Virus record (IMG/VR): IMGVR_UViG_3300031460_000005
Location: 1 to 32,523 of that record
Length of the DNA stretch: 32,523 bases
Reading direction: 5' to 3' (one strand)
Source: a virus
Taxonomy: Duplodnaviria; Caudoviricetes
This document shows positions 1 through 7,248 of the stretch, in pieces. Positions within the stretch are counted from its first letter, which is position 1; each line of letters starts with the position of its first letter. A program made the position numbers and the translations under genes. The notes beneath the pieces are model-generated. The model saw only the letters and a list, made by a program, of their open reading frames with translations. It made no database searches and had not been told where the DNA came from.

Positions 1-165
1 TAGGGGCTGCGAGACGTGCTGTCATGCGGGGAGTATCTTCCTTTGGTGTCGTTCGGGGGAGCGTCCGTCACGCGTGTTCGATCTCTACTTTACCATAACA
101 AAGACTTTCTGGATAGGCTGTTAGGGCAGGTAAGAGAAACGAGTAGCCACGAAAGGACACGACCA

Positions 166-444
166 ATGCCACGCACGACCCGCACCCCGAAGCCCGCCTA
201 TCGCCCGCGCGTCAAGCCCTCGAGTACGATGGGGATTTTCCTGGTCCAGGCTGAGAGCGCGCCCGAGACCTACTATACCGTCGATGCGGTTCTCGAAAAG
301 TGCTCGTGTAAGGCGGGTGAGTTCGGCTATCGCTGCAAGCATGTTCGCATCAGCCAAGGTGTTTTTGACGCGCTCGTGCGGGTGCGGGTGGCGACGCGGC
401 GGCAGCAGCAGGAGGCGGCCGGGGTGTACCTGGTCGCGGCGTAG
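166..444 (+). CDS. SWIM-type zinc-finger protein
   Basis: Motif YTVD...CSC-x8-CKH matches SWIM CxC-xn-CxH. GAAAGGA RBS at 151-157 favours ATG 166 over the track start at 16. Confidence 0.8.
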   Translation: MPRTTRTPKPAYRPRVKPSSTMGIFLVQAESAPETYYTVDAVLEKCSCKAGEFGYRCKHVRISQGVFDALVRVRVATRRQQQEAAGVYLVAA

Positions 445-541
445 CGCAGACGGTTCGCAGACTCAATCGCATAAAAACAACCGGCGCGCCTCCCCTCAGA
501 AAGCAGACGCGCCGGCCCATTCCCCCTGAAGGAGCACCTCA

Positions 542-799
542 ATGGGAACACTGTCCATGATAACCACAATGCTAACCACGCAGGGCGCGAGCGAGAGCAC
601 ACCAGAGACCGGCAACACGAGCGAGACCTGGGCCAGGCGGTTGGTGGAGCGCCCCGGCGTGACGGCGACGGTCTACGGCTGCGGGCATGCCCAGGAGCGG
701 TACAGCAGTGCAGACCTCGACCGCGCGCCGGCCGAGCGCTTGACGGACGGCGGGGCATTGTGCCCCGACTGCGCCCGGCGCCTGGAGGAGGACCGCTAG
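542..799 (+). CDS. Small hypothetical protein with CGH...CPDC zinc-binding motif
   Basis: AAGGAG RBS upstream of ATG; CGH and CPDC motifs; GC3-rich codons. Confidence 0.65.
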   Translation: MGTLSMITTMLTTQGASESTPETGNTSETWARRLVERPGVTATVYGCGHAQERYSSADLDRAPAERLTDGGALCPDCARRLEEDR

Positions 800-844
800 G
801 CGCCGCGGCATGAGGGAGGGCTGATCCGCACCGGGCGTGTATCC

Positions 845-880
845 GCGCGTCGCCCCGTGGGGGCGGCGCGTGTTATGTTT
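845..880 (+). terminator. Probable intrinsic terminator
   Basis: GC-rich stem GCGCGTCGCCCC/GGGGCGGCGCGT (two G-U pairs) followed by GTTATGTTT, just after ORF 542-799. Confidence 0.55.
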
Positions 881-1045
881 ATGCGATGACGCTAGGCGGA
901 TGATGGCGTTTTTGTTATGTTAGTGGTAGCCGCCGTCCGGGGCTGTTGCGGACGGCGACGACAGGCGTTCGCGGCGCCCGTCTGAGATTATTTTATCGCC
1001 TTTGTGTCGATATGACACGAAAGCATCTCAGAGAGGACACCCGCG

Positions 1046-1426
1046 ATGCCGCCTTACCCGGCCCCATCCCACTCCGTGTCGCCCTCCGGCATCTCTCCGA
1101 CCCGCGCGCCCGCCGCGCCACCCATCCCCGAACGCGCTATCCAGGCGTCCATGATGACGTACCTACGCCTGCGCGGGTACTATGTCCTCCGCTTGAACGC
1201 TGGCGCGCTGCCGAACGCGCAGGGGCGGCCGGTCCACATGCTGCCAGCCGGCTGCCCCGACTTATTGGCAATCAAGGCTGGACGCGCGACGTTCATAGAG
1301 GTCAAGCGGCCTGGCAAGATGCCGACCGAGCGGCAACGCCTGATGATGGAGACGTTGCGCCTGTACGGCGCGCGCTGTATCTGCGCCACGAGCGTCGAGG
1401 AGCTGGAGCGAGAGTTGCCGCAGTAA
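1046..1426 (+). CDS. VRR-NUC (PD-(D/E)xK) nuclease, Holliday-junction-resolvase-like
   Basis: E-x-x-IQ...GCPDL...FIEVKRPG...T-x-x-Q...SVEE is the typical phage VRR-NUC signature; GAGGA RBS. Confidence 0.9.
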   Translation: MPPYPAPSHSVSPSGISPTRAPAAPPIPERAIQASMMTYLRLRGYYVLRLNAGALPNAQGRPVHMLPAGCPDLLAIKAGRATFIEVKRPGKMPTERQRLMMETLRLYGARCICATSVEELERELPQ

Positions 1427-1510
1427 ATGTCCACGTCATCGGCGCGTTCCCGCCTGTTCTCATTCATCAAGGTTCACCGCATGGTGAGCAGAGAGGCTCA
1501 CGGTTACCCC

Positions 1511-2149
1511 ATGGCCAAATCGAAAAGTCGCCAGCAGCAACGGATCCGGGTCTCCGACGACAAGAGGGAGCGCGACCGTCTCCTGCTGAAAGAGGAGATG
1601 CTCCGCTGGTATCGCCTGCGCATCGGGCAGTTCCTGGAGCCGGACGACGCCCGCATGGCCGCCTACCGCACGGCCGGGCTCGCCTCCGAGCTGGGCACGG
1701 CGCGCCGCGGGAAGGGGACCGTGTGGGACTGGCTCGCCGCCCACGGCGACCGCGCCCGCGCCGGTTGGCGCATGGTGACGTACCCGCATATCGAGGTCAG
1801 GACGGCCGCCCTGCCGCACCTGCGCGAGGCGCTCGACAACGAAGAGCGCCTCGCCAGGGCGCTCGTGCGCCTGCACCAGCAGTCTCCCACGCTCTCGCTG
1901 ATCGTCCACCTGACCTGTTTCGACAGTCCGTGGAGCGAGCATGACGTGGCCCGCGCGTTCAACGACGGCGGGGCGCGGAGTGGGTGGACACGTGAGAACG
2001 TGACCAAGCGCAAAGCGAAGGCGTGCCTGTGGCTCCGGGCGTGGACGGACCCGCGCCCGCTGCCACAGCGCAAGGAGGGGGAGTATCCGTACGGTAAGGG
2101 GGCGACCGTGGAGGAAGAGCCTCACGGAGAGCGTGCCAGGGCGTCGTAA
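1511..2149 (+). CDS. Putative late transcription regulator (C-terminal sigma-region-4-like HTH; Q/RinA/ArpU position)
   Basis: C-terminal LIVHLTCFDSPWSEHDVARAF...TRENVTKRKAKACLWL resembles a sigma4-type HTH. It sits after the resolvase-like gene and before the late operon. GAGAGG upstream favours ATG 1511 (track start 1427). Confidence 0.55.
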   Translation: MAKSKSRQQQRIRVSDDKRERDRLLLKEEMLRWYRLRIGQFLEPDDARMAAYRTAGLASELGTARRGKGTVWDWLAAHGDRARAGWRMVTYPHIEVRTAALPHLREALDNEERLARALVRLHQQSPTLSLIVHLTCFDSPWSEHDVARAFNDGGARSGWTRENVTKRKAKACLWLRAWTDPRPLPQRKEGEYPYGKGATVEEEPHGERARAS

Positions 2150-2159
2150 AACAGGGGGC

Positions 2160-2199
2160 TTGACTGATTACCCATTTTCACACATACTACGTACATAAT
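2160..2199 (+). promoter_or_regulatory. Sigma70-type promoter with a second -10-like element at about +1
   Basis: TTGACT (2160-2165), 17 nt, CATACT (2183-2188); CATAAT at 2194-2199; AT-rich island in high-GC DNA. Confidence 0.7.
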
Positions 2200-2251
2200 C
2201 TCTGGCAGTCCACCTACCGACCATCCAGGCCCCGCGGGGCCGCTCTCTCGC

Positions 2252-2285
2252 AGGCCGCTCACTCTCCTGGTGAGCGGCCTTTTCT
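2252..2285 (+). terminator. Intrinsic terminator in the late leader
   Basis: 11-bp perfect stem AGGCCGCTCAC/GTGAGCGGCCT, 7-nt loop, followed by TTTCT. Confidence 0.75.
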
Positions 2286-2317
2286 ATGCCCTCCGACCCG
2301 ATCCGCCAGCACAGCGC

Positions 2318-2351
2318 ACCCGCTGTGAGCGATGCGACCCGCTGTGAGCGA
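2318..2351. repeat. 15-bp direct repeat ACCCGCTGTGAGCGA x2
   Basis: Exact copies at 2318-2332 and 2337-2351. Confidence 0.9.
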
Positions 2352-2363
2352 GCGAGGTGTCCC

Positions 2364-2591
2364 ATGCCGGACAGCGACCGCTACCGGCGCGGCCTGGTGG
2401 GGCGTTCGGCTCCCTCACCTCACGACCACTGGACGGACGGACTCGATGGCGTGCCGCTGCCGGTAGACGGCCAGGGCCACGACCACGTTCAGGCGCGGCG
2501 ACGGCGCGTGCGCCTGACGCAGGCGCGCCAGGAGCGCAAACGCCGACGCGCCGATGAGGCGCTGTGGAGGCAATCGCTATGCACACGCTGA
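2364..2591 (+). CDS. Hypothetical Arg-rich protein
   Basis: GAGGT RBS before ATG 2364; overlaps the next gene start. Confidence 0.5.
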   Translation: MPDSDRYRRGLVGRSAPSPHDHWTDGLDGVPLPVDGQGHDHVQARRRRVRLTQARQERKRRRADEALWRQSLCTR

Positions 2592-2815
2592 TTCGGACGG
2601 AGCCTCTGCCGTCGGCCGAGCGCTTCCTCGCCGCCGATGTGATCCGCCAGACCCTCGTGGACCTGGCGGGTCACCCGACGTCGCGCGCGCATCGCGCCGC
2701 GCTCCGGGACATCGACAATGGCGGGCTGCAGTACTGGCTTGACCTGATGGAGCTGACGCCAGGCGCGCTGGCCCTCGTGCGTGAGCGAATCGACGTGGCC
2801 ATAAAGGGCGCATGA
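2579..2815 (+). CDS. Hypothetical protein
   Basis: GGAGG RBS at 2566-2570; helical-looking sequence; GC3-rich codons. Confidence 0.6.
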   Translation: MHTLIRTEPLPSAERFLAADVIRQTLVDLAGHPTSRAHRAALRDIDNGGLQYWLDLMELTPGALALVRERIDVAIKGA

Positions 2816-2838
2816 CCGGGACAGGGAGTGGAGGCCAT

Positions 2839-3000
2839 ATGACAACTGACGCTGGCACACGCTGCGCTCACGCGCTGGAGATCGTCGGTGTCAACGGCGG
2901 CGTGGCGCCAGGGCCGGGCGAGGTCCTGCTGCCTGCACGAACCTGGCGTGCCGCCAATGGTCCCGCGTGCCCGGCCCGTCCCTTGACGTGGCGCGCGTGA
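2839..3000 (+). CDS. Small hypothetical protein
   Basis: GGAGG RBS before ATG 2839; packed in the operon. Confidence 0.45.
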   Translation: MTTDAGTRCAHALEIVGVNGGVAPGPGEVLLPARTWRAANGPACPARPLTWRA

Positions 3001-3058
3001 CCACGGAGAGCCTGCGTCTGTGGCGGCCGTACCTGCGGGGACCGTCGGGGGGTGCACG

Positions 3059-3232
3059 ATGACCGATCAGGCCGCGACCTCACGGCCGGGCATGTGCCAC
3101 CGGTGCGACCGCTACTACACGGTTCGAGTGTTGCACCCGGTGATGGAGGCGTGGCTCTGTCAGGGGTGCGCCGGCTGGATCGACTACTTGGTGGCGCGCG
3201 GCGTCGAGATCACCGTCATATGGAGACGCTAA
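3059..3232 (+). CDS. Small Cys4 zinc-finger protein
   Basis: CHRC...CQGC pair; GGGGGG upstream as a possible RBS. Confidence 0.55.
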   Translation: MTDQAATSRPGMCHRCDRYYTVRVLHPVMEAWLCQGCAGWIDYLVARGVEITVIWRR

Positions 3233-3236
3233 GGGC

Positions 3237-3554
3237 GTGAGCATGACGAGCGCGGCGGGCACGACCACTCCTGGCGCCGCACGGCGCGCGCCGGCGACGG
3301 TCCACATCACGGACGCCGGCTGCCGGCTGCACGTGCGCGTGACGCATCCCAACCGTGCGGCGCAGGATGACGCCAGGATGAGCTTTAGGAGCTGCTTCCC
3401 GCGCCACGGTCAACGCGTCTGGCTTGCCGGCGACCCGACGGCGAAAGAGCCGCGCGGCTGCTGGTCGATCCCGCGCGCGGCCTGGCGCATGTTGGAAGCG
3501 TGGGCCGTGGGGCAGGGCTACCGCGTGGTGTGGGCCGATGCGGATGAGGCCTGA
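3237..3554 (+). CDS. Hypothetical protein
   Basis: Fills the gap before TerS; Trp-containing globular-looking C-terminal half. Confidence 0.5.
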   Translation: MSMTSAAGTTTPGAARRAPATVHITDAGCRLHVRVTHPNRAAQDDARMSFRSCFPRHGQRVWLAGDPTAKEPRGCWSIPRAAWRMLEAWAVGQGYRVVWADADEA

Positions 3555-3571
3555 GGGCGAAGGCAACGGTG

Positions 3572-4261
3572 ATGGCGAAAAAACTTCCCAAAACTGCCCA
3601 TGAATCTGCTCCCCTGTCGGGGCATCGGGAAGAGGCCGCACAACTCGTGGCTGCCGGTCGCCTCACCCTCGACGAGATCGCTGAACGGATGAACGTGACG
3701 CGACGCCAGCTCTACACATGGCGTCAGCAGCCGGAGTTCACGGCGCGCGTCGACGCGATCAACGCCGCGTTTGCCGAGGAAACGGGGCGCTACGCCATCG
3801 CCCAGCGCGCCCGCCGCGTGGCCGCGCTCGACGATCAGCGCCGGCGCCTTGCACGCATCATCGACGCACGGGCCGCAGCCGTCAGCGCCGCTGACCCCAC
3901 GCACGACCCGCTGTGTCTGGGCACGTTCCGTTCGGCGGCGCTCGCGGCCGGCTTCGACACCGGGTTCGTGACGCTGGAGTGGGCCACGACGCCAAAGGGC
4001 GGCTTCCGCCCCCAATTCAAAGTCGACGTCGGGCTCTCGGCCGAACTGCGGGCGCTGGCGAAACAGGCCGCCCAGGAGCGTGGCGAATGGGTCGACAAGG
4101 TGGCGCCGACAACGCCTGACGGGAACGCATCCTACACGCCTCTTGATTACTCCCGGTTGAGTGAGGCGCAAGCGCATGAGTACGAATCTATTCTCGCGTC
4201 ACTTCTCGACGAGGGAGGGGATTCAGGCGGAGATGGACAGGTTCCAGGCATGGAAGGCTAG
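3572..4261 (+). CDS. terS: Terminase small subunit (N-terminal HTH)
   Basis: EAAQLVAAGRLTLDEIAERMNVTRRQLYTWRQQPEF HTH; C-terminal DYSRLSEAQ motif; directly upstream of and overlapping TerL. Confidence 0.8.
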   Translation: MAKKLPKTAHESAPLSGHREEAAQLVAAGRLTLDEIAERMNVTRRQLYTWRQQPEFTARVDAINAAFAEETGRYAIAQRARRVAALDDQRRRLARIIDARAAAVSAADPTHDPLCLGTFRSAALAAGFDTGFVTLEWATTPKGGFRPQFKVDVGLSAELRALAKQAAQERGEWVDKVAPTTPDGNASYTPLDYSRLSEAQAHEYESILASLLDEGGDSGGDGQVPGMEG

Positions 4262-5696
4262 CCAGTCCCTCTACGAGTTCATGCGCCAGGCCTGGCCCAT
4301 CGTGGAGCCCGCCCGCCCCTTTATCGACGCGTGGCATTTACGCGCCATCTGCGCACACCTTGAGGCCGTGACGGACGGCCACATCCGCAAGCTCCTCATC
4401 AACATCCCGCCTGGCCATGCCAAAAGTTTAGCTATTGCTGTGTTCTGGCCCGCGTGGGAATGGACGCGCTATCCCGCGCGCCGCTGGTTGTTCTCGTCGT
4501 ACGGACTCTCCCTGTCCGTGCGTGACAGCGTGAAGTGCCGGCGCATCATCGAGTCGCCGTGGTACCGCGCGCGCTGGGGCCACGTTTTCGCGCTGCGCGA
4601 CGACCAAAACGCCAAGCTCAAGTTCGAGAACGATAAGACGGGCTACCGTCTCTCGACCTCGGTGGGCGGGGCGGTCACGGGCGAACGTGGCGACCGCGTG
4701 GTGGTCGACGACCCGCACAACATGCTCGAGGTCGAATCGGACGTGCGCCGCCAGGAGGCGTTGACGTGGTGGGACGAGGCGATGAGCACGCGCCTCAACG
4801 ACTACCATACGGGCGCCCACATTATCGTCATGCAGCGCCTGCACGCCGACGATCTCACCGGCCATGTCCTCGCGCAGGGCGGCTACGAGCACCTCTGTCT
4901 TCCGACCGAATACGATCCGGCCACAACAAAAGCGACGGGGATCGGTTTCCACGACCCGCGCACCGAGGACGGTGAGTTGCTGTGCCCCGCCCTCTTCGGT
5001 CCCGACCAGAACGCCGACGCGAAGGTGCGGCTCGGTCCCTATGGCTACGCCGGCCAGCATGGGCAGCGCCCATCGCCGCGCACGGGCGGCATGATCCCCA
5101 TCGATAAATTGGAGATCGTGGACGCCGCGCCCGTCGTCGCACACCGCGTTCGTTATTGGGATAAGGCTGGAACGCAGGGTGGTGGCGCGTACACGGCCGG
5201 CGTGTTGATGGCGCGTGACCACGCCGGCGTCTACTACATCGAGGACGTCGCGCGGGGCCAGTGGGGCGCGGACGCGCGCAACGCCGTGATGCGCCAGACG
5301 GCCGAGACCGACGGCGTACGGGCGCAGGTCTGGGTCGAGCAGGAGCCGGGCTCGGGCGGCAAAGAGTCCGCCGAGATCAGCGTCAAGTTATTGGCCGGCT
5401 TCGTCGTGCAGATCGAGCGCGTGACTGGCGAGAAGGCGGTGCGCGCGACCCCATTCGCGGCGCAAGCGCAGGCAGGCAATGTCCGCCTCGTGCGCGGGGC
5501 CTGGAATCGCGCGTTCCTCGACGAGGCGCGCGACTTCCCCGCGAGCACATACAAAGATCAGATCGACGCCGCCGGCGGCGCGTTCAACAAGCTGGCCCTG
5601 GCCGTCGCCGGACGCCAGCCCGTCCCGACCGCCGCCGCCCCGCGCCCCATCGTCGACGCCGCGCGCGACCAGTACCGCCGCTTCGGCGTCCGTTAG
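4176..5696 (+). CDS. terL: Terminase large subunit
   Basis: Walker A INIPPGHAKS, Walker B VVVDDPH, IIVMQR coupling motif, nuclease RYWDKA and KDQIDA. GTGAGG RBS before ATG 4176. Confidence 0.97.
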   Translation: MSTNLFSRHFSTREGIQAEMDRFQAWKASQSLYEFMRQAWPIVEPARPFIDAWHLRAICAHLEAVTDGHIRKLLINIPPGHAKSLAIAVFWPAWEWTRYPARRWLFSSYGLSLSVRDSVKCRRIIESPWYRARWGHVFALRDDQNAKLKFENDKTGYRLSTSVGGAVTGERGDRVVVDDPHNMLEVESDVRRQEALTWWDEAMSTRLNDYHTGAHIIVMQRLHADDLTGHVLAQGGYEHLCLPTEYDPATTKATGIGFHDPRTEDGELLCPALFGPDQNADAKVRLGPYGYAGQHGQRPSPRTGGMIPIDKLEIVDAAPVVAHRVRYWDKAGTQGGGAYTAGVLMARDHAGVYYIEDVARGQWGADARNAVMRQTAETDGVRAQVWVEQEPGSGGKESAEISVKLLAGFVVQIERVTGEKAVRATPFAAQAQAGNVRLVRGAWNRAFLDEARDFPASTYKDQIDAAGGAFNKLALAVAGRQPVPTAAAPRPIVDAARDQYRRFGVR

Positions 5697-5726
5697 CACA
5701 GACAGCCGGAGAGGGAGGTCGCGCCG

Positions 5727-5984
5727 ATGGCCAGGACCTCTACTACGGCGTCCAAGCCACAAGCGGCCCCCGCGTCCTCCGGCACGACGGGGACAGGCCG
5801 CGAGATCGTCAGCACCGTCACGGTCGGCGGGTCGCCCGCGCCCACCGGCGCCGGCCGGCGCGGCTCCAGCGGGGGCGGGATGGGCTCTCGCCTGCCGGCC
5901 TCACGGGCCACGCTCACGGCCGGGGCGCGCGATGAGTACGTCGCGGGCAGCCCCGTCAACGCCTACGTCAATTATGCGCCCTAG
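5727..5984 (+). pseudogene. Orphaned original 5' end of the portal gene (intact 85-aa ORF)
   Basis: Occupies the portal position after terL with RBS GGGAGGT. Ends DEYVAGSPVNAYVNYA-P*, 12/16 identical to portal DEYVAGSPLNLYSAYA-Q at 7372-7422. Confidence 0.85.
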
Positions 5985-6415
5985 ACAATAACATCTTTGG
6001 ATTCATTATCTAGCCATTCGTAGAACTCATCGCCCGTCATCGTTGTTACCTGCCCGTCTGACTCCAGCTTCACGTGCGACAAGATGTATCCTGAGCGCGG
6101 CCGATAGCCGCGCCCCGGCCCCTTGCCCCAATCTAGCTGGGTTGTATACCACCCCGGACGAGGGGCGCCGTTGACCAGGACATCCGATTCGTCAACGGGT
6201 CGCGCCTGGACGCTCACGTAGCCTGGATCGGACCATGGGACGTACTCAACGCGCTCGACGAATAGTCGTCCCGACGCCGTGCGGAACAAATCGTACGCTG
6301 CGATTCGACCGCCCTCATCGGTGAAGGGGAACGGGTCCGCCTCGCAGGGCGTGTCGTTTGTGACCGTGGCTTGTGCCCCGCAGCAGGTGCAAATCATGGT
6401 GTGCGTGTGGCTCAT
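5981..6415 (-). CDS. Hypothetical passenger protein (N-terminal CTCC)
   Basis: ATGA overlap with the HNH stop and GGAGAAAGG RBS; stop overlaps the orphan ORF stop in CTAG. Confidence 0.7.
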   Translation of the reverse strand: MSHTHTMICTCCGAQATVTNDTPCEADPFPFTDEGGRIAAYDLFRTASGRLFVERVEYVPWSDPGYVSVQARPVDESDVLVNGAPRPGWYTTQLDWGKGPGRGYRPRSGYILSHVKLESDGQVTTMTGDEFYEWLDNESKDVIV

Positions 6416-7173
6416 TGGGTTATCCTTTCTCCCCCAGGCGCGCGGACGCTTCTGTGTCGTTTGCCGGGCGGGCGGTGGGGTACACCAGCCTCGCGGGCGA
6501 TCAGTTGCACGCGCTTTACCGTCAGGCCCATGGCGTCGGCTATCTCTGACATGAAAACATCTGCCGCGCGCTGCTCCCTAACATAGAGTTTCTGCCGATC
6601 CGCGTATGTCAATGACGGGTCGGGGTAGCGCGCGAGCAGCATCAGCCCCGCGTCCTGCTTGCGCGAGATGCCCAGATCGACCGGGTTATCCACGTGTTTC
6701 CACGTCAACCCCCTGATCGCACACCGCATGTTGTGCTCGGTGATGTCGTGGCGCGCGGCCAGATCGGCTATGGTCACGCCGCCCTGGCTATACTCCGCAC
6801 GCAAGCTACGCACCAGGGGCGTCGTGAGCTTGGACCGTGCGTTCGCTTCCCCAATGTGATGTGGGCGCGCCGACCGGCCCTTCGCTGCCTTATCGCGCAT
6901 ATTATCCGCATGGGTCCCAAGAAAGATATGATCGGGATTGTGGCAGCGACGATAGGTGGTATCACCTATCGGATAGTTCTTATCGCAGGTGTGGCACGCG
7001 AGCAAGCCGTCCGGGATCGGGCCGTACTTAAGTTCGTACGCCGCGCGATGCACGAGATACTTCCGGCCCTTGAAAGACACCTCGCCGTATCCACCCGCGT
7101 TGATGAAGCCGGTCCATAGGCAGCAGCCGCGCGTCCGCTTGGTGTCCGCGTTGATTCGCGCTTTCAGGTCCAT
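6412..7173 (-). CDS. HNH homing endonuclease with two C-terminal HTH-like DNA-binding modules
   Basis: CCLWTG...GYG...VHRAAY...HTCD...CHNPDH...GTHADNMRD is a phage HNH_3-type core; GEANARSKLT...WKHV module; MSEIADAMGLTVKRVQLI HTH; AGGAGG RBS. Confidence 0.92.
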   Translation of the reverse strand: MDLKARINADTKRTRGCCLWTGFINAGGYGEVSFKGRKYLVHRAAYELKYGPIPDGLLACHTCDKNYPIGDTTYRRCHNPDHIFLGTHADNMRDKAAKGRSARPHHIGEANARSKLTTPLVRSLRAEYSQGGVTIADLAARHDITEHNMRCAIRGLTWKHVDNPVDLGISRKQDAGLMLLARYPDPSLTYADRQKLYVREQRAADVFMSEIADAMGLTVKRVQLIAREAGVPHRPPGKRHRSVRAPGGERITQ

Positions 7174-7189
7174 TTAGCGTCATCCTCCT

Positions 7190-7242
7190 ACGGTTATTGT
7201 ACCGCGTGCAATTGTCAAGCTGCACGCTATTATCAACAGAGG
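7190..7242. promoter_or_regulatory. Divergent promoter region between HNH (-) and portal (+)
   Basis: TACAAT on - strand (7196-7201), TATTAT on + strand (7228-7233), inverted repeat GCGTGCA-N10-TGCACGC (7204-7227), RBSs on both strands. Confidence 0.55.
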
Positions 7243-7248
7243 TTGACG

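Noticed and set aside
1-26. Possible - strand gene start (MTARLAAP) with AAAGGAAG upstream
   Set aside because: Only eight codons are inside the window, too little to call.
946-1944. Long alternative-frame ORF (also 4428-5222, 20067-21260, 27511-28428, 29570-30676 and similar)
   Set aside because: Arg/Pro/Gly-rich or motif-less shadows overlapping better-supported genes; expected in high-GC DNA with few stop codons.
4176-4261. Lower-GC stretch at the terS/terL junction as a recoding scar
   Set aside because: Explained by the 86-nt dual-coding overlap and translation start constraints.
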